Source: Bacteroidales bacterium
GTDB taxonomy: Bacteria > Bacteroidota > Bacteroidia > Bacteroidales > VadinHA17
Length of the DNA stretch: 64,000 bases
Reading direction: 5' to 3'
NCBI GenBank assembly: GCA_041686075.1
Contig: JAWLEO010000013.1
Span: 12,816-76,815, forward strand
The notes beneath the pieces are model-generated. The model saw nothing but the letters and a program-made list of their open reading frames with translations. It was not told the origin of the DNA and made no database searches. The translations under genes were made by a program, and so were the position numbers. Shown piece after piece: positions 39,941 to 48,882 of the stretch. Each line of letters begins with the position of its first letter. Position 1 is the first letter of the stretch.

Positions 39941-40064
39941 CCCCTGACACTCACTTTGTTCGGTCAGGGGTATTCCTACTCTGAAGAGGAGGAGAAATGT
40001 ATGACTTTGAATATCAATCATTTCCCCTCCTTTTTAAAGGAGGGGTGTCCCGAGTACTCGGGAC
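39941..40064. repeat. cluster of GC-rich hairpins downstream of hsp20
   Basis: cccctgac...gtcagggg (39941-39970), cccctcc-tttttaaa-ggagggg (40024-40045), and a perfect 18-nt palindrome gtcccgagtactcgggac (40047-40064). Confidence 0.85.
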
Positions 40065-40124
40065 GGGGTGGTTTTGGTACTTATGAGACAGCCCTATTGA
40101 TTTTTATAGAAAGGAGGACTTAAA

Positions 40125-41639
40125 ATGAAAAAGTATGGCCTATTAATTTTATCCGCCATATTGGGAAGTGCTTTAACCCTTGGCTCTTTTTTTCTTTTCA
40201 ACCTCAATGGCAAAGAGTCGGTAAGGGTTGAGCATATAAGCGGTGCACCTGTAGTTGGCGCAGCTTATACAGTTAACAATGAGGGCGATATAGTTCCCCT
40301 CGAATTTACCGATGTGTCGGCAGAAGTGATGCCCGCAGTGGTACATATTAAATCCACACAGATGAGAAGGGTGTCAGGTGGTCAGTACAGGAATATCCCT
40401 GATCCTTTCAGGGAATTTTTCGATGATGATATCCTGGAGCGCTTCTTTGGCCCTGACTTGAACCCTCGGCAACAGGAAGAAGGTGGACTTGTTCCAAGAG
40501 TGGGTTCCGGATCAGGGGTTATTATCAACTCGAATGGCTATATCGTAACTAATAACCACGTTGTAGAAAATGCTGACGATATAGAAGTGACGCTGTACGA
40601 TAATAAGGTCTATAAGGCAAGAGTTATAGGCACAGATCCCTCAACGGACCTTGCACTTATACAGATAAAAGAAAAAGACCTGCCTTATTTACCAATGGTG
40701 AACTCTGATAATGTAGAAGTAGGAGAATGGGTACTGGCAGTAGGTAATCCTTTTAACCTTAATTCAACGGTGACAGCCGGAATTGTCAGTGCCAAGGCAA
40801 GGAATATCAATATTTTACGGAATCAGAATGCAATTGAATCCTTTATACAGACAGATGCAGCCATTAATATGGGTAACAGCGGGGGTGCACTCGTAAACCT
40901 GCAGGGCGGACTCATTGGTATAAGTACCGCCATTGCCAGTCCTACAGGTGCCTATGCAGGCTATGGGTTTGCAGTGCCATCCAATATAGTTTCCAAAGTT
41001 GTTGAAGACCTTATTGAGTATGGCTCGGTTCAGAGAGGCTATCTGGGCTTGATGATACGAAGCGTTGATGGTAATCTTGCAGAAGAAGAGGACCTCGAGC
41101 TAACACAGGGCGTTTATGTCGATAGTATAACGGCCGAGAGTGCTGCCGGTCAGGCAGGTATCAGGGTTGGTGACGTTATTACGGAAGTGGATAACTCTGA
41201 AGTTAAGTCTTCGGGTGCGTTGCTCGAAATGATAGCCCGTAAACGACCGGGTGATAAAGTAAATCTAAAAGTGAACCGCGATGGTAAAACAAGAGATTTT
41301 ACTGTAGTCCTGAGATCCCGCGAAGGAACCACCGAGATGGTGAAACCCGAACAGGTTGCAGTACTGGAGAAACTTGGAATTGAAGTCGAAGATATAGACG
41401 AAAGTACTGCCAATCAACTGGATATCCAGGGTGGTGTGAAGATTACCAACCTATATTCCGGCATACTCAGGAACACTACGAATATCAGGGAAGGATATAT
41501 TATCACAAAAGTTGATGGTAAACAGGTAAATTCAAGAGATGAATTTATCAGGATAATGAAGGGCAAAGAAGGCGGTGTGATGTTCGAGGGAGTCTATGAA
41601 GATTACCCCGGAGTATATTACTATGCCTTTGGAATGTAA
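40125..41639 (+). CDS. periplasmic serine endoprotease DegQ/HtrA family
   Basis: 504 aa with catalytic triad contexts TNNHVV, DLALIQI and GNSGGAL, followed by two PDZ-like regions. Confidence 0.93.
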   Translation: MKKYGLLILSAILGSALTLGSFFLFNLNGKESVRVEHISGAPVVGAAYTVNNEGDIVPLEFTDVSAEVMPAVVHIKSTQMRRVSGGQYRNIPDPFREFFDDDILERFFGPDLNPRQQEEGGLVPRVGSGSGVIINSNGYIVTNNHVVENADDIEVTLYDNKVYKARVIGTDPSTDLALIQIKEKDLPYLPMVNSDNVEVGEWVLAVGNPFNLNSTVTAGIVSAKARNINILRNQNAIESFIQTDAAINMGNSGGALVNLQGGLIGISTAIASPTGAYAGYGFAVPSNIVSKVVEDLIEYGSVQRGYLGLMIRSVDGNLAEEEDLELTQGVYVDSITAESAAGQAGIRVGDVITEVDNSEVKSSGALLEMIARKRPGDKVNLKVNRDGKTRDFTVVLRSREGTTEMVKPEQVAVLEKLGIEVEDIDESTANQLDIQGGVKITNLYSGILRNTTNIREGYIITKVDGKQVNSRDEFIRIMKGKEGGVMFEGVYEDYPGVYYYAFGM

Positions 41640-41645
41640 TTAAGA

Positions 41646-41713
41646 CCGCTGGCGCGGATCTCCAGCCCTGTCCGCCGTAGCTCTGCGGAGGCGGGATCCG
41701 TGCCAGGCTACGG
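41646..41713. repeat. GC-rich intergenic repeat modules
   Basis: ccgctggcgcggatct (41646-41661) and cgtgccaggctacgg (41699-41713) recur in the same order at 44903-44917/44955-44969 and 45011-45025. Confidence 0.8.
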
Positions 41714-41793
41714 TGGACAAAACAAAATAACCCTGATATGCTGGGCTTGAAACTGAATAACACTGGTGCAATCTCAAGAAAAGGGAGGTAATT

Positions 41794-44700
41794 ATGAAAA
41801 TCCGTGTTGAAATAAGAAAAGTAATGCTGGCTTGCATCGCCTTACTGATGACAGTATCGCTACCGGCCCAGTACTTTGGAAGAAATAAACCGGGATATAA
41901 GAAGTTTGATTACCAGGTTACCCGGACACCTCACTTCGAGCTTTATCACTACCTGCAGAATGACACCCTGGTAGAAAAATATTTATCCTGGATGGAAGAA
42001 TGGTACAAATTGCATCAGACAATATTCAGAGATACCTTTGAAACAAGAAATCCACTGATTCTTTATAATACTCATGCCGACTTCCAACAGACAAATGCTG
42101 TTTCCAGCCTGATAGGAACAGGTACAGGAGGTGTAACAGAGGGCCTGAAAAACAGGGTTGTAATGCCCTTTTCAAAAACATTTAAACAGACCGATCATGT
42201 CCTGGGCCATGAGCTTGTACATGCCTTCCAGTTTAAAAAACTTACACGTGCTGACACAAGTAAGAATTATTCTATCAGGAATCTGCCTTTATGGATGATT
42301 GAAGGTATGGCCGAATATCTATCGATCGGGAGCGTAGATCCAAACACTGCTATGTGGATGAGAGATGCCCTGGTAAATGATGATTTTCCAACCCTTGAGC
42401 TTCTGACAAAAAGACCATCGGAATATTTCCCCTACAGGTACGGACACGCTTTTTGGGCTATGGTCGGTAAAACCTGGGGCGATACCATCATTATGTCCCT
42501 GTTTGAAAAAACAGCCCAGTACGGGTATCAAATTGCTATAGATTCGGTTCTCGGTATATCCAGCAGTACTTTTTCCTCTCTCTGGGAAAGCGTTACACGT
42601 AACCATTTTGCCAGCTACCTTAGAAATACCAGGATAGAGCCGCTTGGCGACAGGTTAATATCTTCACAAAACGGGGGCAGGGTCAACATATCACCTGCAA
42701 TAAGCCCCGGCTCCAAATATATTGCATTCTTTTCAGATAAGGATGTTTTTACATTCGACCTGTACCTGGCCGATGTAGAATCGGGAGAAATTATTAAAAA
42801 ACTCGCCAGCATATTGAAAAATAATGATTTTGATGATTTTAATTTTATTGAGTCCGGGGGAACATGGTCACCTGATGGAGAAAGGTTTGCATTCGTGATA
42901 ACTGAAAAAGGAGTCAGTAAACTTGCTATTGTTGATGTTGATAAAGCAAAGATAATTAGAGAGATTAAAATGGATGGTATACTTTCCTTCTCCAATCCGG
43001 CATGGTCGCCTGATGGTGACAGGATTGTATTTTCGGGACTGGTGGAAGGGCAGTGTGACCTTTACATTTATAATATGGAAACAGGCGATATCAAAAAAAT
43101 TACCGATGATCCACTGGGGAATGTACACCCTGCCTGGTCTCCTGACGGTAAGAATATAGTGTTCTCACAGGAGATAATCAATAATGAAGAAAGTAAAAGA
43201 AAATTCAGTTTTGCACTAACAGTTATTAATCCTGACACAAAAGAAAAAAGAGTGTTTGATGTATTTGACGGGGCCAGGAATCTCAATCCTTTCTTTTCAC
43301 CTGACAATAATTCAATTTTCTTTATATCGGACGCAGACGGCTTCAGAAATTTATACAGGTATGATATACCTGACAATTCTGTATACCGCCTGACGAATTT
43401 TTCCACAGGCATCAGTGGTATTACACAGATGTCACCCGCTATAAGCAGGGTGCATTCAGATGATATAATAGCATATACATATTATAATAAGAACAATTAC
43501 GAGATCTTTCTTGCAAATGACAGTATATTCGACCCTGAAAGGGTGTCTGCCGACAATATCGATATGGGTGCAGCCACATTGCCACCGCTGAGAACCAGGA
43601 CAAAATTACTTATCGATACAAACCTCTTTGTAAGGGATACAGAATATAAGTTGAAGGAAGATTCAATCGAGGATGTCCCGTATAAAGCGAAATTCAAACT
43701 TGACTATATATCAAATTCAACCGGTGTGGGAGTTTCTGCCAGCCAGTATGGCAGCATTATGCAAGGTAGTGTCAATATGCTCTTTAGTGATATAGTTGGA
43801 AATAACCAGCTCTTTGCTTCACTGGCCCTGAATGGTGAGATCTATGACTTTGGTGGTCTGTTTTCCTATATTAACCAGAGAGGGATGCTTAAATGGGGAG
43901 CCACGGTATCACATATCCCTTACCGTAGCGGATATATGGATGTTGTGCTTGATACTGTTTCTATTTATGGTGACACAGTGCTTGCTAATAACTTCAGGCT
44001 TAATTATATAAGAATGTTTGAGGATAATATCTCACTTTTTGCCTATTATCCTCTTTCCCAGACAAGGAGGTTTGAGGCTGGCGCATCATTTTCATGGTAT
44101 TATTTCAGAATAGACAGGTTTAATAATTATTACACCGATACCGGTGTCAGGTTATTCGGAACAAGAGAGAAACTACCAGCACCGGATGGAGGAAATTACC
44201 AGCAGGTCAATGTCGCATATGTTGAAGATAATTCCTATTTCGGAATGACATCTCCGATGCAGGGACACAGATCCAGATTCCAGCTAACCAAATATTTTGG
44301 TGAGATCAAAATGTACACAGCTCTTCTTGATTACAGAAAATACTGGTTTATTAATCCCTTTGGCATTGCTTTTAGAACTTACCATTATGGGAGGTATGGA
44401 CCGGGCACACGTGATGAGATGCTTTCGCCTCTTTACATAGGTTATCCATGGTTAATAAGGGGTTACGAGAATCTTTCATTCACATCAAGCGACGATAATG
44501 TCCAGAATGGCTCCTTTAATATTTCTCACCTCAGTGGTTCCAGGCTGCTTATTAGTAATCTTGAGCTGAGGATCCCAATAACAGGAGTGGAGCAACTGGC
44601 GCCAATAAAGTCCGGCCGCTTTTTTACCGATCTTAATCTCTTTTTTGATGCCGGACTTGCATGGAATAAGGATAGTGACGTTAGTTTTGAATGGAACCCG

Positions 44701-44859
44701 GAAACATTTGAAAAGCGTATACCTGTGTACAGTACCGGTGTGTCAGTCAGGCTTAACCTGATGGGAGTTATTGTCCTTGAACCCTACCTTGCCGTTCCCT
44801 TCCAGAACGGTGGATTTGATAATATTTCATTTGGCTTTAACCTGACACCTGGATGGTAA
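41794..44859 (+). CDS. outer-membrane fusion protein: MA-clan metallopeptidase-like domain, TolB-like PD40 propeller, Omp85-type beta-barrel
   Basis: 1021 aa with a signal peptide, then HELVHAF followed by WMIEGMAEY. It has at least five PD40 motifs (WSPDGERFAF, AWSPDGDRIVF, AWSPDGKNIVF, FSPDNNSIFF). The C-terminal Omp85 motifs are LISNLELRIPI, FFDAGLAWN and STGVSVRLNL, with a terminal Trp. Confidence 0.75.
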   Translation: MKIRVEIRKVMLACIALLMTVSLPAQYFGRNKPGYKKFDYQVTRTPHFELYHYLQNDTLVEKYLSWMEEWYKLHQTIFRDTFETRNPLILYNTHADFQQTNAVSSLIGTGTGGVTEGLKNRVVMPFSKTFKQTDHVLGHELVHAFQFKKLTRADTSKNYSIRNLPLWMIEGMAEYLSIGSVDPNTAMWMRDALVNDDFPTLELLTKRPSEYFPYRYGHAFWAMVGKTWGDTIIMSLFEKTAQYGYQIAIDSVLGISSSTFSSLWESVTRNHFASYLRNTRIEPLGDRLISSQNGGRVNISPAISPGSKYIAFFSDKDVFTFDLYLADVESGEIIKKLASILKNNDFDDFNFIESGGTWSPDGERFAFVITEKGVSKLAIVDVDKAKIIREIKMDGILSFSNPAWSPDGDRIVFSGLVEGQCDLYIYNMETGDIKKITDDPLGNVHPAWSPDGKNIVFSQEIINNEESKRKFSFALTVINPDTKEKRVFDVFDGARNLNPFFSPDNNSIFFISDADGFRNLYRYDIPDNSVYRLTNFSTGISGITQMSPAISRVHSDDIIAYTYYNKNNYEIFLANDSIFDPERVSADNIDMGAATLPPLRTRTKLLIDTNLFVRDTEYKLKEDSIEDVPYKAKFKLDYISNSTGVGVSASQYGSIMQGSVNMLFSDIVGNNQLFASLALNGEIYDFGGLFSYINQRGMLKWGATVSHIPYRSGYMDVVLDTVSIYGDTVLANNFRLNYIRMFEDNISLFAYYPLSQTRRFEAGASFSWYYFRIDRFNNYYTDTGVRLFGTREKLPAPDGGNYQQVNVAYVEDNSYFGMTSPMQGHRSRFQLTKYFGEIKMYTALLDYRKYWFINPFGIAFRTYHYGRYGPGTRDEMLSPLYIGYPWLIRGYENLSFTSSDDNVQNGSFNISHLSGSRLLISNLELRIPITGVEQLAPIKSGRFFTDLNLFFDAGLAWNKDSDVSFEWNPETFEKRIPVYSTGVSVRLNLMGVIVLEPYLAVPFQNGGFDNISFGFNLTPGW

Positions 44860-44867
44860 TAGAGACA

Positions 44868-45025
44868 GGCTAAGGCTAAGGCTAAGGCTAAGGCTCCGTC
44901 TTCGCTGGCGCGGATCTGCTCCCCCTTTGAAGGGGGTTGGGGGAATGTTATCTTCGCTGGCGCGGATCTGCTATTGTACGCCATAGCCTGAAAGGCGAAG
45001 GTGGAAGACTCGTGCCACGCTGCGG
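44868..45025. repeat. intergenic mosaic repeat block R6
   Basis: (GGCTAA)x4 starts 9 nt after the stop (44868-44891). The 22-nt direct repeat tcttcgctggcgcggatctgct (44899-44920 and 44951-44972) flanks the hairpin module ccccctttgaagggggttggggga (44921-44944). cgtgccacgctgcgg is at 45011-45025. Confidence 0.9.
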
Positions 45026-45163
45026 CAGATACGGACTATGGCAAATATTGCAGTGAGCTTTTACTATCTGTATGGCTTGAGGGATTATAATAAGGCACTC
45101 AGGTATTGTAAGTGGATTTTCATCGGGTATTTTCGTAAATTTAAGTTCACAAATGCGGGATTT

Positions 45164-45829
45164 ATGTATTTCTTATTTCTGTTCCTGTCGCTGGCCCTTG
45201 GCTACCTCTCCGGAAGCATCAGTTTTGCTGTTCTGATTTCAAAGTGGGTCAAAGGCATTGATATAAGGGCTGTCGGGAATAAAAACCCGGGAACCGCCAA
45301 TGTTGCCAGAGAGGTTGGAATAGGGTGGGCGGCCCTGGTTCTGATAGGAGACCTGGCTAAGGGTGTGCTGCCGCTGGTGTTGGCCAGCTTATTCCTCTTC
45401 CCTGATGATCATTACACAGATTATTTTGCCCTCTTCCTGACAGGTATGTCTGTTATTACGGGGCATTGCTGACCTCTTTACTTCCGGTTCAGGGGTGGGA
45501 GGGGACTCGCCACCTCTATCGCTATCTACATGTTCTTTATCCCTGTGGAATTTTTCGTTACACTGGTAATTGCATTAATCGTGGTGCAGGTATTTTTCAG
45601 GAAAAAAAAGTACTCCCTCGGCATGCTTACTCCTATGGTCTTTGTTCCACTCGCACCTATACTGTTAATCCTGAGTAATCTATTTTTCGATACCCGACTT
45701 TTCAATACGCTCAAAGTGGGGGGCTATCCATGGTATGTACTTGTGGGTGTCATTACCATGTCAGCCTATATTTTTTCCATCAACAGGAGGGTGGTGGTGG
45801 CAAGGGTCACCAGGGACGAAGCAATCTGA
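45164..45829 (+). pseudogene. plsY: glycerol-3-phosphate acyltransferase PlsY interrupted by an in-frame TGA
   Basis: The ORFs at 45038..45472 and 45530..45829 are in the same frame. Read through TGA 45470-45472, the product is ...ITGHC*PLYFRFRGGRGLATSIAIYMFF..., i.e. the conserved PlsY GHxxP...F(K/R)GG(K/R)G motif with the stop at the aromatic position. The likely start is ATG 45164. Confidence 0.8.
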
Positions 45830-45847
45830 TTATCATAAAAATATTTT

Positions 45848-46081
45848 ATGGAACAGGATGTATATCTTATACTGGTCGCGAGCCTGCTTATACTGCTACC
45901 CCTGGTAGCTTCAAGAAATGCCGTGGTGCCAGCAATGGCCTTTCTTGTTTTCATCCTCCTTTCCCTTCCACTTTATTTTGGGATTAATCGCTGGACAGGT
46001 CTTGTATTCATTGTGGTGATTGCCCTGCTGGCATTAACTGCCTGGCTGGCAAAGAGGAAAGGAACTATCCGTCTTCTTTAA
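45848..46081 (+). CDS. small membrane ORF, possibly the N-terminal half of a split polyprenol/diacylglycerol kinase family gene
   Basis: 77 aa with two or three hydrophobic helices. It ends 28 nt before the next ORF, which is in another frame. An A-run lies at the junction. Confidence 0.4.
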   Translation: MEQDVYLILVASLLILLPLVASRNAVVPAMAFLVFILLSLPLYFGINRWTGLVFIVVIALLALTAWLAKRKGTIRLL

Positions 46082-46109
46082 AAAAGCTGAATCCCAGAGA
46101 TTTTCTTCT

Positions 46110-46472
46110 ATGACATCCTTTGTAGTGGCCATATTTATTGTCTTTTTGCTATTTAAGGAAAATGTAGCTTATCTGTGCCTGGTGTTTATCATCTTCGGCG
46201 ACATGGCTGCCAAGTTCATGGGTTTAAAATACGGGAGGATAAAGATAATTCAATCAAGAACCCTTGAAAGTTCACTTGGATTTTTAACCGGATGCCTTTT
46301 GGCGGGCTATATCCTGATGCTGATATTCGGTTTCAGATTTTCCTACCTTGTGATCGGAGCCGCCTGTGCCACCCTCGCAGAACTCTTCTCTTTCGACATG
46401 AATGATAATTTCACTGTCGGCATCCTGACAGGCGGCTGCCTGGCCGCCCTACAATACTTCCAGGTATTATAG
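46110..46472 (+). CDS. C-terminal portion of a CTP-dependent polyprenol/DAG kinase (CdsA-like superfamily) protein
   Basis: 120 aa with FGDMAAKFMGLKYGRIKI and SRTLESSLGFLTGCLLAGY, resembling the catalytic C-terminal half of the family. Its frame stays open upstream to 46038. Confidence 0.55.
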   Translation: MTSFVVAIFIVFLLFKENVAYLCLVFIIFGDMAAKFMGLKYGRIKIIQSRTLESSLGFLTGCLLAGYILMLIFGFRFSYLVIGAACATLAELFSFDMNDNFTVGILTGGCLAALQYFQVL

Positions 46473-46623
46473 CAGGGGGCAGGGAGCGTCAGGGACTCCG
46501 TTTCACTCCGTCTCGCATTTCATCTTTCGCATCTCGCCTCTAGTCTTACCCTCTGCATTCCTTGCTACCACCTACCAGTTAATAAATCATAATTAATAAT
46601 TAATACTTCCCTGCTCCCTGTCC
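46472..46623. repeat. intergenic mosaic repeat block R5
   Basis: Heptamer-phased TCGCNTN units (46513-46547), then a 38-nt core at 46557-46594 identical to 31540-31577, then TTAATAA/TTAATAC/CTCCCTG heptamers up to the TonB receptor stop. The ends are imperfect inverted CAGGGAG-type repeats. Confidence 0.9.
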
Positions 46624-48873
46624 CTAAAACCTTCCCCCTAACTGAAGGCTATAATACCTCTGAGGCTGTATATCACCCGGACGACCCATATATTCGGTGT
46701 TGGTGAGATTTTTTACAGAGAGTGATACATCATAGGTATTGTTAAACCTGTACCTGGCATGGATATCCATCACAAAGTGTCCAGAATTCTTTTCAGACCA
46801 GTAATCATAGAAGCCGGGCAGTATATCCTCCCGGGTAAGCGGATTTAAAAAAACATCATCTATCTCAAGTATCCTGGATTTTATATAACAGCTTAAGCCG
46901 GTTTCAAAATTTTTATAAATAGTAGATATGTTAAATTCAGTGGAATGTTTTCTCCTGAATTTTAAGTATTCACCTGTATTTTTGCCGGTAACAGCATTAA
47001 ACTCGACCGGGTACATGAAAGTATAGCCGCCCCTGATCGTGGTATTAAACGGCCCTAAACTCCTGTTAAGCATAAATTCAAGTTCCGCCCCGTATACTCT
47101 TGAATTCTCAATGTTTACAGGCCGGAACCCGTAACTGTAAGTTTCTGTAACAGGGTCCTCATACCAGCCAAAGACATATTCAATCATATCACTGTATTGT
47201 GAGTAAAAGACTGAGATATCCGCCTGGCCGCTTAATGCATCGGTTGAAATGGCATGTTTTATGCCAACTTCCGAACTCCATCCCGATTCAGGTCTAATCT
47301 CTGTATTTGGAATGATTTTAATAGAACCGACAGTTGTGTAAGCATGTTTCTCAGCTATGGATGGATAACGGTAGCCCTGTCCGAATGAAGCACGGAGAAA
47401 TGTGGCTTCCCTTATCCTCAGGTTCAATCCAAACCTGCAGATAGGAACAAGCTTGTCGGCCTGGCTGTCTAGAATATTTTGCTCTAAGCGAAGACCTCCA
47501 ACTACTTTTAATCTTTTGAATGGCTTAAATTCACCCTGTGAATACCCTGCTATATTTATGCCCTTATGGTCGCCATGGAAATTCGATTTTATTACACTGT
47601 ATTGCTGGTTGACTCCTGATATGAGATTAATTTTTTCAGATATATTATAACTGAACTGGTATTCAGAATATATTGAATGAGAGTCGCTATTGTTATTACT
47701 GTTATTGGGTAGTCTATTGATATTGGTCAGTAAGCGCAACTTTAGATCGTGCTGGAAACGATCATTTTTATTTATTGAAACGAAAGGGTCCAGAGCTACT
47801 GACGTACCCCTGAATTCCATGGCAGTTGACTCATTTTGTTTCAATGCACCGTACTCTGCATCTTCCCAGAGTAGAAAATCAATTTTGCTTGTATATGTGG
47901 CATTAAGTGCAGCTCCGTATGAAAGTGACTTATATCTCTTGCTCTTATGCTTCACATCCAGGTTTATACGGCCGAAGGCTTCGTCATTGAGCCTTCTGTA
48001 GCCATTATCGTTAAAGACCCTTGTGCCTATGCCGATTTGTGTATTATTATATTCCCCAGAATGAGAAAGTGATAAGCTTTGCGTCATCCTGGGTGAATCC
48101 CACCATAGCCAGTCTTTATTTGATGGTTTATCAAAGAAACCTGCCATAAGGGATATTTTGGTAAGGGGTTCAGGCCCGGGCTCGGCTCTTATGAAGTTGA
48201 TAACACCGTTTATTGCTGATGATCCGTATAGCACCGAAGATGCTCCCTTTATTACTTCAATCTGGGCTATATTCTCCATGGGGAGTGTAGCCCACTTTAT
48301 GTTTCCGGCGTCGGTTGACAGGATAGGCAATCCGTCAACCAGGGCAAGCACCCTGCTCCCCACACCGTAACTATAACCGCTGCCTCCCCTTACAGAAGCC
48401 TGTCCGTCCAGGATTTCAATACCGCTTGTTTTATTCAGAATTTCTTCGGCATTAATTGCATGGTGCTGATTAAGAATATAAGGTTTTATGATATCCATTG
48501 ATACGGTCAGTTCTGAAATACGTTGCTCCGACCTGGCTGCAGTTATGACAACCTCATTTATTTCACTGATAAGCGGAATCAGGAAGATATCTGTATTGAC
48601 CGTGTCGTTTGGAGCCAGGTTAAAAGTTTTTGTAAGCGTATTATAACCTACGAACCTGAAAGTAACAACTGTTCTTCCGGGAGATACGCTGAAGGAGAAC
48701 CTCCCACCGCTGTCAGTTGTAGTGCCCCGGTCGCTGCCGTAAATAATATTAACACCCGGAAGGGATTCCCGGGTGGTGGCGTCATAAACCCTTCCCTTTA
48801 TTATGCAATTATTGGCACTCAGTGGCGCATATAAGCATAAAAATAGTATCTGAAGGAAGATGTAAAAACGCAT
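46624..48873 (-). CDS. TonB-dependent receptor with an N-terminal CarboxypepD_reg-like domain
   Basis: 749 aa with a signal peptide, IKGRVYDATTRESLPGVNI, a plug domain (IEVIKGASSVLYGSSAINGVINF), and a C-terminal aromatic residue (GGRF). Confidence 0.9.
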   Translation of the reverse strand: MRFYIFLQILFLCLYAPLSANNCIIKGRVYDATTRESLPGVNIIYGSDRGTTTDSGGRFSFSVSPGRTVVTFRFVGYNTLTKTFNLAPNDTVNTDIFLIPLISEINEVVITAARSEQRISELTVSMDIIKPYILNQHHAINAEEILNKTSGIEILDGQASVRGGSGYSYGVGSRVLALVDGLPILSTDAGNIKWATLPMENIAQIEVIKGASSVLYGSSAINGVINFIRAEPGPEPLTKISLMAGFFDKPSNKDWLWWDSPRMTQSLSLSHSGEYNNTQIGIGTRVFNDNGYRRLNDEAFGRINLDVKHKSKRYKSLSYGAALNATYTSKIDFLLWEDAEYGALKQNESTAMEFRGTSVALDPFVSINKNDRFQHDLKLRLLTNINRLPNNSNNNSDSHSIYSEYQFSYNISEKINLISGVNQQYSVIKSNFHGDHKGINIAGYSQGEFKPFKRLKVVGGLRLEQNILDSQADKLVPICRFGLNLRIREATFLRASFGQGYRYPSIAEKHAYTTVGSIKIIPNTEIRPESGWSSEVGIKHAISTDALSGQADISVFYSQYSDMIEYVFGWYEDPVTETYSYGFRPVNIENSRVYGAELEFMLNRSLGPFNTTIRGGYTFMYPVEFNAVTGKNTGEYLKFRRKHSTEFNISTIYKNFETGLSCYIKSRILEIDDVFLNPLTREDILPGFYDYWSEKNSGHFVMDIHARYRFNNTYDVSLSVKNLTNTEYMGRPGDIQPQRYYSLQLGGRF

Positions 48874-48882
48874 AATTACATC

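Noticed and set aside
39854-40123. 89-aa ORF between hsp20 and degQ, plus similar ORFs at 21603..21797 and 45466..45678
   Set aside because: They run through hairpin and repeat modules or are out-of-frame overlaps of plsY. Their composition and context indicate non-coding sequence.
45470-45472. TGA in plsY as selenocysteine, or as evidence of a TGA-recoded genetic code
   Set aside because: There is no convincing SECIS-like hairpin directly downstream, and the position is aromatic, not Cys, in PlsY. TGA terminates miaA and araB, and all other long ORFs are intact under the standard code, so code 4/25 is excluded.
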